From Eledone cirrhosa (taxonomy: Eukaryota): DNA of 64,000 nucleotides. The stretch covers positions 148,800,001 through 148,864,000 of the forward strand of contig OZ024741.1 of the NCBI GenBank assembly GCA_964016885.1, given 5' to 3'. The notes under the pieces were generated by a model that saw nothing but the letters and a program-made list of their open reading frames with translations, searched no databases and was not told the DNA's origin. The position numbers and the translations under genes are program-made. Position 1 is the stretch's first letter, and the number at the start of each line of letters is the position of its first letter. Shown piece after piece: positions 38,485 to 51,660 of the stretch.

Positions 38485-41400
38485 CTCGTGGACGAGAATG
38501 CGAGCACTCCTCATTAAAGACAAATTCACCTCGTGGACGAGAATGCGAGCACTCCTCATTGTTTCGACCGCGGACGGCTAACATACCCCCCCCCCCCCAA
38601 CCCCCAAACGCAATCCAAAACTTCAGAGTTGGTACCATAAATGTAGACACCTTAAAGGTTGTAGAAATGCTTGAACGTAAGGAGGTCGATGTTTGTTGTA
38701 TTCAAGAGACCAGATGGAGGGGTGGGTCTGCTAGATTCATTGAGGGTAAAAAACGATGTTATAAGCTTTTCTGGGCGGGAAACGACAATGGGCTGGGTGG
38801 AGTAGGAATCATGGTAGCAGAAAAGTGGGCAGATAAGATAATAGATGTAAATAGAGTGAACGACAGAATAATTAAAATAAGACTTGTCCTCAACAGAACT
38901 ACGGTGACAGTAATATCTGCGTACGCACCCCAATCCGGACTGCCCGGCACTATAAAAGACATTTTCTATAAGACACTGATGCTCACTGCCTCCCAAATAA
39001 CCGACAGTAACTATATAATTATCGCAGGCGACCTAAATGGTCACGTTGGACAACATTGTGACGGCTACGACGAAATCCATGGAGGCTATGGGTTTGGTGA
39101 TAGAAATGAGGAAGGCTCCAGAATCCTGGAATTCTGTGACACAAATAACCTAACTATCTGTAACACTAACTTCAAAAAACGTGACAATCACCTGATCACC
39201 TATAGATCAGGGGAACACACAAGCCAGGTAGATTATATCCTTACCAGAAGAAGTGACAGAGTGTCTGTTGTAAACACTAAATCCCTCCCCCATGAAGAAT
39301 GCACCTCCCAACATAGACTGATAATTAGCGACCTCATAGTCGGGACGAGACGTACTCGACAGCAGAAGAGGACTATCCTCAGGAGAAAAATATGGAAGCT
39401 AAAGGACCCCACAGCCAGAAATAAATTTCAAAGCATATTACTTGATGCTTTCGACAGTAAGGAAGAGCATTTAGAGTCGGACAATATAGAGGGACAGTGG
39501 GAATTTCTGAAAGCAAACCTGCTGATGGCGACAGACGAAGTCTGTGGCTGGAGCAGGCCTGTAGGCAGGAGGAGAGTAACATGGTGGTGGAACAGTAGGG
39601 TGGAGGGGTCAATTAAGGCCAAAAAGCAGGCTTGGAAAGTATGGCGGGATGGGGGAAGTAGAGAAGACTATCAAGTGGCCAGGAGGGAAGCTAGGAGACA
39701 AGTGTACTTCGCAAGAAGGGAAGCAGAGGAAAGAAAGTTCAAGCATGTTCTACAACGCGAGGACCAAAACGTGAGGTGTTCAGGATTGCTAGGCAATGTG
39801 TCAAGGAAAACCATGATATTGTCGGGGAGAAGTGTATACTTAATGATGACGGCGTACTTGCCATCACCGACGCTGATAAGAAGGTAGTTTGGAAGTGCCA
39901 CTACGAAAGGCTACTAAATGAGGAGAATAAATGGGAGAAAGACAGTCTCCCCCACATCGACCCAATAGAGGGACCAGCAGTGTTAGTCGAGGGTAGTATA
40001 ATAAGTAAGGCAATCAAGGATATGAAAACGGGTAAGGCGGCTGGGCCTTCGGAAATAGTTGCTGAGATGCTGAAGGCATCTGGCTCGGTGGGACACACCT
40101 TCGTCACCCGGATAGTTAACCAAGTCGTACAGAATGGGGTTGTTCCGAAGGACTGGCATAGCAGCAGCATCGTTAACTGTTATAAGGGTAAAGGAGATGC
40201 CCTAGATAGGAGTAACTATAGAGGCATTAAACTAATCGACCAGGTCATGAAGGTCACGGAAAAAGTAATAGCGCAACTAATCAGAGAGAGAATTGATCTA
40301 GATGAAATGCAGTTCGGGTTTGTGTCAGGCAAAAGTACCACAGACGCTCTTTTCATTGTACGTCAACTACAGGAGAAGTACCTAGCTAAAGGTAAACCCC
40401 TCTACTTAGCTTTTGTTGACTTGGAGAAAGCCTTCGACAGAGTCCCCCGTTCCATTATCTGGTGGGCCCTTAGAAAACTAGGTGTCGACGAATGGCTTGT
40501 GAGAGCTATACAAGCCATGTATAAAGAAACAGTCAGCAAGGTTAGAATTAACAACGAATATAGTGAAGAGTTTAGCGTAAAAGTTGGCGTCCATCAGAGC
40601 TCTGTTCTCAGCCCCCTACTATTTATTATTGCCCTTCAGGCTATAACAGAGGAGTTCAAGACCGGCTGCCCATGGGAACTCCTATACGCAGACGACCTGA
40701 CACTCATAGCTGAATCAATGGCCGAGCTAGAGAAGAAATTCCAAACATGGAAGCACGGCCTAGAATCAAAAGGCCTTAAAATTAACCTGGCTAACACTAA
40801 AGTTCTAGTTTGTAGGAAAGAAAATAAGGCGGCGGTCCCTTCCGGGAAATGGCCATGCTCAGTGTGTAGGAAAGGCGTAGGTAGAAACTCCATCTTATAT
40901 CGCAAATGCAAAGTATGGGTGCATAAAAGATGTAGTGGGATCATAGGTAAGCTAACTAAGAACTTAGATTTTACATGTGGGCGGTGCTCTGGTGCAATAA
41001 GTAGCAGCGAGTGCCCACAAAATACTAACTCTTTCAATTGCAGAGAGGGCTCTATAGAAATAGTGGACAGCTTCCGTTACCTGGGTGACAAAATCAGCAG
41101 TGGGGGAGGGTGCTCCGAAAGTACAGTAGCTAGAGTCAGAACTGGATGGAAAAAGTTCAGAGAGCTTATACCACTATTAGCCGCTAAAGGGTTCTCCCTA
41201 AAAATGAAAGGCAGGTTGTATGATGCCTGCATACGAACAGCAATGTTGCATGGCAGTGAGACCTGGGCATTGTGCGCAGAGGATATACGCAGACTAGAGA
41301 GGAACGAAGCTTGCATGCTCCGCTGGATGTGTAATAGTAATATACGTGAACGGCAAAGCATAAACGAACTAAGGAAAAAATTAGAAATAAGAGGGATCAG

Positions 41401-41998
41401 ATGTTGTTTACTCGAGAGAAGGCTACGTTGGTACGGACACGTGATGCGCATGAAAGTCGATAGCTGTATAACAAAGTGCAGGGCAATAAAGATAGACGGT
41501 AGCCACGGAATAGGCAGACCTAGAAAATCCTGGGACAAGCTGATAAACTCCGACCTCACACACTTACACCTCTCCAAGACAATGTCACTGGACCGAGACC
41601 TTTGGCGGTACTCAGTAATAGAGAAGACCCGCCTTACCTAAATACATAGTAAAACCTACTACAGCCAGTAGGCATCTCTAACAACCCCGTCCCACCACCC
41701 CCTCCTATGTAAAGTTATGTTGGTGCCACAACATCCAGGCCGAAACAAATGAGATCGTGTAGGTGTCACGACAAAAAAACACACAGTCCACGCTGTAATG
41801 TGGCCGTGTAGGCAACACGGTAAAAACCTCCCAGTCCCTCACTGTAAATGTGGTTGGTGTTAGGAAGGGCATCCAACTGTAGAAAACCTGCCAGACAGTC
41901 CTATGCGAGCAAGACAATCACTCTTGCCTCAAGTGGGAATACCCCCGTCCAAACCCATGCAAGCGTGGAACATGGACGTTAAACGTTGATGATGATGA
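38485..41998 (+). mobile_element. Near-full-length RTE-type LINE, lineage A (APE endonuclease + RT + PHD-like finger)
   Basis: ORF 38559-39887 (GTINV, IQETRW, SAYAPQ, GDLNGHVG, DYIL) is joined by a 1-bp frameshift near 39768 to ORF 39776-41641 (NYRGIKL, AFVDLEKAFDRV, YADD, YLG). (GAT)n tail present. Confidence 0.97.
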
Positions 41999-42005
41999 CA
42001 TACAT

Positions 42006-43710
42006 ATCATCATCATCATCATCACCGTTTTACGTCCGTTCTTCCACGCTAGCATGGGTTAGACGGGTTGTCCTGTTGTGGGCAGTGTCTGGTCGGCTGA
42101 CCATGCCTTGCTCATACAGGAACTGATCTGGCTTGATTTCTACAGCTGGATGCCCCTCCTAACACCAACCTCATTTACAGTGAGTGCTGGGTGCTTTTTC
42201 GTGGCGCCTACACGTCCACTTTACAGTGTGGGCTGGGTGCTTTTTTGCCGTGGCACCTCCACGACCACCTTGCGGTGGGGGGGGGGGGGCATATTGTTTA
42301 TATGCTTCAGCATGTACCCATGGGAGGTCGGGTACCCTGTATTACTGCGTGACGCCAGAAGTCACGGTCGTGTGTCATTGACTTTGAGAGGTGTAGTTGG
42401 GTAAGGTCGGCTTTTATCACCTCATCCCAAGTCATCTTGGGTCTCCCCACTCCGCGGTTTCCATCAACTTCTAGTGCTCTGCACCTTTTTATGCAGCTGT
42501 CATCCTTCATACGCATCACATGTCCATACCAGCGTAACCGCCTCTCCTGCACGCAGCATTTGATTCCTCTTATGCTCAGTCTCTCTCTCAATTCCTTTAT
42601 GCTTTGTCGTTCACGTATATTACTGTTACACATCCATCGGAGCATGCAGGCTTCGTTTCTCTCTAATCTACGTAAGTCTTCCACCTTCAGCGCCCAGGTC
42701 TCACTACCATGCAACATCGCTGTTCGGATACACGCATCATACAGTCTGCCTTTCATTCTGAGGGAGAAGCCTTTTGCAGCTAGCAGTGGTAGTAGTTCCC
42801 TAAACTTCTTCCATCCCGTTCTTACCCTAGTTATTGTACTTTCTGAGCACCCACCTCCGTTGCTAATTCGGTCACCTAGGTAGCAGAAGCTGTCTACTGT
42901 TTCTACAGGGCCCTCCCAGAGATTGGTGGTACTTGTTTCCTGTGGCTGTTTGCTGCTTGCTGTTTCAGCACAGCTGCTGCATGTGAATCCTACATTCTTA
43001 ATTAAGCTTCCTGAGATCCCGCTACATCTCTTGTGTACCCATTGTTTGCATTTGGGGCAGAGAATGGAGTTCCTACCTACACCTTTCCTACATACTGAGC
43101 AAGGCCATCTCCCTGAGGGGATCTGGGTTCTGTTTTCTCGTCTACTTATAAGGACCTTAGTCTTTGTCATGTTGACTTTGAGGCCCTTTCTCTCTAGTCC
43201 CTGCTTCCAGGTTTGGAATTTATTCTCTAGTTCTACCATAGATTCAACTATGAGTGCGAGGTCATCAGCATACAGGAGTTCCCATGGGCATCCGGTCTTA
43301 AACTCCTCCGTTATTGCCTGCAGGACTATGATGAACAGGAGAGGGCTAAGAACAGAGCCCTGGTGGACCCCAACCTGTACGCTAAATTCCTCGCTATACT
43401 CATTGCCAATCCTAACTTTGCTGACTGCTCCCCTATACATGGCTTGTACCGCTTTCACAAGCCATTCATCTACTCCTAGTTTTCTAAGAGCCCACCAGAT
43501 TACTGCACGTGGAACTCTGTCAAAGGCTTTCTCAAGGTCGACAAATGCCAAGTAGAGTGGCTTACTTTTAGCTAGGTACTTTTCCTGTAATTGCTTCACA
43601 AGGAAGAGGGCATCAGTGGTGCCTTTCCCTGGTACAAACCCAAATTGCATCTCGTCTATATTCACCCGGTCCCTAATCAGCTGTGCTATAACTCTTTCTG
43701 TTACTTTCAT
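42006..43710 (-). mobile_element. 5'-truncated RTE-type LINE, lineage B, with intact reading frame
   Basis: 467-aa ORF 42307-43710 with QGSVLSP, YADD and an intact C4HC3 finger. Tail-to-tail with the lineage A copy. Confidence 0.96.
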
Positions 43711-46700
43711 ATATATACATATTCATATTTATACATATATATTTATATTTATATACATACATACATATATATATACATATATATATTTAAATAATGCTCC
43801 GATAACGTTGAGCACTTTCAGATGTAATATTGAACAGCGGCACTGACTTCAGTGTACAGCTATTACCGGCATGGGATTAACTGATCTACTTACCATTCGG
43901 ATTTTGGCTGCTCTGTGCTTTGTCTACTGCCCACCCGATCCAATGCGGCTTCCTTGTCGGGAATATTCAGATTCCGACAAAATTCTACGTATTGACTGAA
44001 CTCTCTACTCTATACTTCAGGACTTTTTGTGATTCACACTGAGTTCTGGGACTCGAACTTACACTAGGTACCACTTGATACTCTTCCATCCTCTATATCT
44101 ATATGTATAACCTTGTATTATCTTACTGCAACTTGATGTATTTTGTATTTCCCCTTTGTTTTGATTCCTCCGATATGTTCTTATATACTTCCTCCGTCTC
44201 ACTACATCACTACCCTAGCTATCACAGCGTTTTATTTATTTATGTATTTTACTTTTTATTAATGTATTTTTGTATCCTGCTTTTATTTATTTGTGATTTT
44301 CTGCTTATTATTCCTTACTCAGGTCTTAATGCACCTTTCATAGTTCCCTACCCACCAAAGAACCACACTACTTATAACCCGGACTAACTGGGACTTAAAA
44401 ATAATTATAGTCTATTTTCATTAGGTTTTCCACTTTCAACTGATGTGGTGGCTCTCCCTGTTGTGCGCCGGGCGCTCGGAAAGTTCAGCCTTCCTTGAGT
44501 GCTTGGAAAAATAAATTTCCCCTCTTTCGGTAAATGAAATTACTCGGAACGGCTGGATTTGCCCCGGGGCCCGCAGCGCCGCCTGTTTTGACTGCTATAT
44601 TATACTTATACCTATAAACTCTGGGCTTAGGCATAACTGTTAGCTGTATTATGCCTGCCTCTACTGGCACGTAAATAAACCCCTCCTGTGTGAATTAATA
44701 TTATTCGTTTGGTATAGACGATAGCCTGTCGAAGATGGTTGACTTTCCCGCTAGCACACCCAAGGCCTATGGCAGTCACGTTCCTAGAGTACTTGGAAAA
44801 ATTATTAATTTCCATTTCTTTCGCTAGACGATACCACTCGAAACTGGCTGACACGTGGGTAGGAGGTGCTGGCTGGGATTTACAATCGAAGGATTTAATC
44901 TTTACTCTATATCCCACCTTGATAACTTATAGGGATTTCCAATAATACACTTAAACTTTTTCATATAAGACTCTCTCTGTAGTTTCATTAAATAAATCCC
45001 GCAACACAAACCTTTAATTTTCTATTAATTTTCTAATTATTTTTAAAATTTCTTTTAACTCTTAATTTTTTGAACTTTTAATTTAATTTCATCCTTTAAC
45101 TCTTAACATAAGTTAATGTTCCAATTTTCTGTTCACACATTTGACCATACAGACACCCATTATATATGCCTTTGTTAAAATATAGGTTCTTTGGAATAAC
45201 ATTTTTCGCGGCGTTTTCTTGCCTGACTGTAGTGTGACCCTTACGCTGACTTTTCTTCTTTCTTTCTTCTCTTTTTTTATTCTTTGACGGAGAGGTGGTA
45301 GTACACTATAAGCCTTCGCCCCTTCACCAGATGGTCATTAGTAGACCGAATAGCCATCACTTGAGGGCGACTGACCGAGGTGAAAACAGCTAGTTGGTCA
45401 GTCATCCTCTCTGTCTCTGATTTTCGGACCCATGGATTTTTATATATTTCTTTGTTATATTTCGAATACCTGATGATATCACCGGATTCATACGGAACCC
45501 GGTCATTGAAATGATCATAGTATAATAAACTTTTCATGGATTTACACCAGTCCAGCCTCCTGTTATTTAATTCATAATAATTAACTCCGTATTCGCACCA
45601 CCAACTCCACAAACGAAGACGGGTGAACTGCACTACGTTGAGTACTTTCCATAATATTGCATCAAGATTGACCATACGGAATGACCAATTCTATCCGGTG
45701 GTGTACCAACAAACCTAAATATATATATATACACATACATATATATATATACACATATACACATTATACACACACACATACATATACACATATTTATATA
45801 TGTACATATCTATATATTTATATATGTACATATATATATATATTTATATATGTACATATCTATATATTTATATATGTATATATATACATTTCTGTTATTA
45901 TTTCTGGCAATATTATTACAACAATATGACCCTCTCCCCAAGTATAACAATATTTGTTTCGACACACGATTTCATATCAAAAACCTCGCAAAACAAATAT
46001 ATCTATATATACATATACATATTTATATATACTAGCAGACAAACCACCCTCGAGTGGTTTTCTGCTAGCATGTGTAATGTGTATATTGATATTATACGCA
46101 AGTATATATGCATGTAGATATGATACTTCAAATAACATTGTAATTGATAATATATACAGAAATTGAATGAGGACTGCGTTACACTCTTATGTAATCAGTA
46201 ACATAATCCATGATAAATTTTTAAAAAAAGACAATATTATATATAAACTGCACTAGGATGAAGAAAATCTTGTTTCATACAGTGTTGTATCTGTGGGATA
46301 TTAAAGCTAATCTGATTTTTCAAGAGTTCTACGGAATATAACTAATGGAGCATGATAACTAAAACCAACATTTCTTCTATAATGTCATCTTTCTGTGCAC
46401 ATGCAAGTTATTTGATTGAAAAATTGATTTTGATGAATAAATTGTTTCAGACAGATTTAAGGAAAGAAATGTAGGCTTTATATTAAGTAATTTTGTAAAA
46501 GATACCTCTGATGTTAGCATATAAAAGTCTAATATAATTAAACACAATCCATAAACTTACACTCAACAAGGCACATACAGCACAAGACATAAAGTAAAAA
46601 TCAGTCATGTCCTTCAAAACAGCACGCCAACCCTCCTAGCATACTTTTTAAAATTGTGTAATACAGTAGAAACTTGAAAAGGAGAAAATGCTCATGGTTT

Positions 46701-47111
46701 CATTTTCTGTTTTCTGAGAGTTTACTTTCAAATATATTGGTGACATCTTTATTTCTTCCTTTCTAAACATTTTAAATCAGTATTTTGTGTACACTACTGC
46801 TACAGTGAAATCGCGACTTGGTTTGATAATTGCTTTGATGTTGCTAGTTGCTGCAAATATCATATCAACACCATTTATATAAAAGCGAGTGACAGTTGCT
46901 TATGCTTCCCTTAAAATATATGCCCATCAGAGAAGTCGTCTGGTGTACTTGGAATAATGTATGGTTTGGTGGCAGGGAATGTATTCAGCTGTAGAAAACC
47001 TGCTAGAAAATGGATCTCATCCAACCCATGTAATCATGGAAAAAGAGATGTAAAAATTATGGTGATGGTGGAAATTACTATTTTCAATAAATTTTCTCTC
47101 TTCTATTTCAG

Positions 47112-47199
47112 GTTTACTCACCTAGCCCAGATGAGTACCGTCAAGATTCACCGCAGTATCCGTCTCCAAAACCAAGTATCTATGAGCCCTATATGTATG
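47112..47199 (+). CDS. TCF12: E-protein (TCF12/TCF4/daughterless-like class I bHLH) internal exon
   Basis: tttctctcttctatttcAG|...|GTGAGT, phase 0 to phase 1. Encodes VYSPSPDEYRQDSPQYPSPKPSIYEPYMY, versus recalled human TCF12 [23 protein letters not shown]. The symbol marks the family; invertebrates have a single TCF3/4/12 ortholog. Confidence 0.88.
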
Positions 47200-48118
47200 G
47201 TGAGTGTCTGATATTTCTTTATTCAAGAATATACTATTGGTCTAATAACTCACTCCAATTCCTATCTCTTCTTTGTGATCATATTTCTAATGAAATACAC
47301 TACTCAAGAATTTAGAGGTGTTTAGTAAAATAAGTGCCTTCTCCATTATTAACTTTCTGTTTTGAACATAACTTAAGAAAAGGCCCTTACATAAATTTAT
47401 GATATATGGTTTAGATTTAAATATAAACACTTTAAAATGGATTGTTATTTCTCATGGAATTTAGGGCAGCCTCAGGTATCAAAAAGTTTATATGAATATC
47501 GGCGTTGTAAACAAATGTACACTGGTGACATCTCACACAGTGTGTGTATCCAGTTGATCAGCTGTAATCCTAATGCCCATCAGTTGCTACATATATTCTT
47601 AGTCAAATAAGCATGATGATTTAAAGGCACCAGTTAACATGTTCATTCCAGGCATGGAGGATAGAAACACATGACTGTGATATCCTTTGATCTAGGACCT
47701 AGCACGACTGTATTAGCAATGACTAGAGTTATTTCAGCAACATTTTTTTACTGCAACCATGAGCAAAACTGCAAACAGTGTATATTAACAAAAAGCAAAA
47801 TTGGAATTGTGTAAGAGATCAAAAACTGAAGCCAAAATATTGTAAACACAAAAAAGGTGCAACTTATATATAAGAATATATACAGGAGTATAATTACTGT
47901 AGATTCCATGTTTGAATGAAGTAAATGATACAATAATAATTTCAATATATGTAAATAAATATACATTATATAATGCATATGATCCTGTGCAAATTTTCAA
48001 CTGGCTGGTTGGCTGGCTGGAACCAGCAGAAGAGTAAGATTCCTTTCTGTTTTTAGCAAGTGTGTATGTATATCCATATATATGACCCATGCTAGTAGGG
48101 AAAAGCAGATGTGTGTGT

Positions 48119-48181
<63 letters not shown>

Positions 48182-48447
48182 TGTGTGTGTACCCATTACT
48201 TATATAAACATGTGTCCAATACTTTATACTTATTTGCAGATAACATACATTCTTGATCTTCATTTTAGTTGACTGCTGCACATTCTTTCTGTCTGCTATA
48301 AATATTTCCATTCTTGACCATTCTAATTATGCCAGCAGTAGTTATAGAATTGGCTTCTTAATATTTATCTCAACTAGCTGGAAATTCTGTAAAGGTAGCA
48401 GGCATATATCATTATCACCATGTCTGTTTTTTCATACTTGCATGTAA

Positions 48448-48803
48448 GGCTTAGTGGTTAGAGCATTGGGCTTGCAATCGAAAGGTTGTGAGTTCAATTC
48501 TCAGACCGGGTGATGTGTTGCTTCATTGAGCAAGACACTTTATTTCACATTGCTCCAGTTTACTCAGCTGTAGAAATGAGATGATAGGACTGGGGTCCCT
48601 ATCAATCCACTGCAAAGTGGTCGTGGAGGTGCCACGGAAAAAAAGCACCCAGCCCACACTGTAAAGTGGACGTGTAGGCGCCACAGAAAAAAAGCACCCA
48701 ACACTCACTATTATGAAGGGCATCCAGCTGTAGAAATCAAGCCAGAATCAGTTCCCGTCCCACCCTTGCAAGCAGGGAAAAACGGACGTAAAATGATGAT
48801 GAT
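48448..48803 (+). mobile_element. CORE-like SINE (long variant)
   Basis: Same family as the 32697 copy. Confidence 0.87.
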
Positions 48804-50562
48804 AAGTTAGTGGCTAGGGTGTTGGGCACGTGATCCTAATGTTGAGAGTTCATTTCTTGAATAGGGTGGTGCATTGTGTTTTTGAGCAAGACATGTCATT
48901 TCATGTTGCTATTCATGATAGGAGTGAGGCCTCTATGTGATGAGGCTGTCTAATCTTGCATAGGTGTGAGCTGTAAATTTCACATTCATTTACTCCACAC
49001 GGTTTTTTTTTATCCACAGGTGGATGTTTTTCCTGACACCAGCCTGTACCTTATTTTAAGTATTTTATATGCTTCTAATATTTGTCAAACTCCTACACTG
49101 CTAGAGATATTGTTTATTGGGGCATAAACAATTATCACTGCAGGTTTTGTAAACAGCAATATGACTAGCACACAGACGCACACACATGTGGGCATGGGGC
49201 TTCGTCATAGTTTCCAGCAACTAAATTCACTCTCAGGGCATTGATTGGCCTAGAGGTACTGTAGAAGACACTGTGATTGCAAAATAAATTTGTTAACTCC
49301 ATAGCCTGCTTGCGATATGAATACATGTAAATACACAACAGAATAATCTGTTTTGGTAACATTGATCTAAATTGAAGTTAATATGTTCAAGATTAGAAAT
49401 AGTTAAATATTACAAAATAATAATTAATGTTTGTTAATGATTAATTAGATTTGGGACTACTTTTATTAAAATAGCCAATATAACCTCCTGTGAGATACAA
49501 CTTCATAGGAGGCTAGCTAAAACTATGTAGATGTGAACCATAACAGTAACTTTGTAGCCTTAGAGATATTCAATGAAGTTCTTACAATCTTGTCAGTATA
49601 TAATTTGCTGTTTCACTACAGAACCATATTAGCACTGTATAATGGAATCTATAAAGGTAGAGCTCTTCTCATTTAATTAAATTGATGTAAATTCTCATGA
49701 ATCCTTTCCCTACTGTATTTCTGTTGAGATATACTACCTATATTTTCCATTAAATTTTGAAGGATTTAAAGGGATTTTGTAAAATAACGCCCTTAAAATG
49801 CTCCAAGATGAAATAAGGGTGAGCAAGTTTTAATTTAAATATGACTATTTTGAAATGGGCTGTTTTATATCATAAAATTTGAGGCAATCCTGGGCAGGTT
49901 GTGTGTCACCAATAATCTTTAGGTGTGTTGCCAATAATTTCAAGGTGTGTTTCTAATAATCTCTAACTGTGTCACTGATAATCTATTATCAGGTGTGTCA
50001 CGAAATAAACTCATATCTCATATTTTAATATCTACTAACTTTATGTACAAGCTCATGCATTCTGTTAGGTTATTTTCTAATATATATTTTACATTATGTA
50101 TATGGTATGGCTGTGCGTTTAAGAAGTTTGTTTTGCAACCACATGGTTTCAGGTTTAGCTCCAATGCATGACACTTTGGGCAACTATACCTTCTCTTTCT
50201 TTCTCTCACTCTGAAAAATTGGGTTATGTTGAGTAGAAATGCTCAAAATTTGCTATATGTCATGACAGCACCCCTCTAGAATGGGATGGACTACACCAGG
50301 TTTAAATATCCAAAACTTGCTGTATATCACCAAAGCAGCCCTCTAAGTCCATCAGGTCTTAAGCACTCAATGATTATAAAGTATACAGTAAGTAAAACTA
50401 AAATTAGTTCTCCACTTCCTTTTTATCAATATCAACAGACAGAATCTTTGTTTAAAACCTTTTTATCTATTGTATTACAATAATTATTTATTTCTGGTTA
50501 CATTTTTTAATGAATATTGTTTATTGATTTAAAACCTATTTAATGTTTGTTTGTATTGACAG

Positions 50563-50708
50563 ATAATCCACATAGTTCTAGTGACCCATGGTCCCAAAAT
50601 AATGGCCTTCCTACATCATCATACACTTCATCAGTTCTACACAATAGTAGTTCCCATCATTATAGTCAGCCATCAACTTACAGTGGCATGCATCATGCCC
50701 ATGACATG
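50563..50708 (+). CDS. TCF12: E-protein (TCF12/TCF4-like) next exon
   Basis: ttgacAG|...|GTAAGT, phase 1 to phase 0, 146 nt, in frame with the previous exon. Encodes DNPHSSSDPWSQNNGLPTSSYTSSVLHNSSSHHYSQPSTYSGMHHAHDM, versus recalled TCF4 DGHHSSDPWSSSSG...SSYCSLHPHERL. Confidence 0.88.
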
Positions 50709-51442
50709 GTAAGTAAATGTATTTTCTTGTTTCTTCATTCTGGGTTTCAGGGTTCATTTCTGTCTAAACACCAGATATATATGTATAAAGAGTACTGAAG
50801 TATTCTTTATACATATATATCTGGTTAATAACTTTATTGGCCAATTTTCATAAACATGTTTTATTTTGTACAATATAATGGTAGAAGTACAGTACAATGT
50901 CAAAATTTTACATAGGCACTGGCATTGGTCCGTCAGTGTTTCAGGAACTCGGGCTGTTTGTTTGTCAGTACATGACAAATGCATTCCTCCAACTGAATAA
51001 GAGTTTTTGGTTTTGAACTATAAATTTCTTCCATTGCCCATCCCTACAGGAAAAAATTGCATGACATTAAGTTAGGAAATTGGGCATTAAGCCACTCCCT
51101 TCATATTCATGCATCTTGCATGAATATGATGTCATTGGTGATCCATATGACCCGTGTTGTCACAGTAGACCAAAAGTTATAAGTAATTTTCAATAAGGAG
51201 TCTCCCCCCCCCCCCCCCCCATATATATATATATAAGAACTGTGTTTTTATTTTGGGGTTCATGTTTGTCTAAACATTAACCAAATATACATGTTTAAGG
51301 AAGATTATCTCTTCATTTCTGGATTAATTTCTGCCTAAACATCATTCAGACATACATGTATAAAGCCTGTTTGATAATACTGTGTCATTTCAAAGTAGGC
51401 AGATCTTAAAAATTATATAAAACTGCAATGTCATATATCATG

Positions 51443-51660
51443 TAGGCATGTGGCCTATTGGTTAGAATGTTGGGCTCATGGTCATAATGTTGTGGATTCA
51501 ATTCCCTAATCAGTTGGTGTGATATTCATGAGCAAAATACTTCATTTCATGTTGCTCCAGTCAACTCAGCTAAAAATGAGTGCGAACAGCAGCTAGGTTT
51601 TAAGCCTGTAATGGACTGGCCAATTTTCTATTGCTTAATGGTAATGAAACTGGGATAAGC
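51443..51660 (+). mobile_element. Old CORE-like SINE relic
   Basis: ggcatgtggcctattggttag...gagcaaaatacttcatttcatgttgctccag. Similar relics lie near 11335, 12390, 20480, 48805, 52230, 54320 and 55530. Confidence 0.55.

Noticed and set aside
23551-41998. Recombinant mosaic among RTE-A copies
   Set aside because: The shared variants fit a simple nested tree (((38485,23551),36883),25000).
36883-41998. Twin-priming 5' inversion of a single LINE
   Set aside because: Both pieces have their own 3'UTR and tail, overlap in content and differ in sequence, so they are independent insertions.
13784-43555. ORFs antisense to RT regions
   Set aside because: Shadow frames of the RTE ORF. Their similarity between copies simply follows the sense strand.
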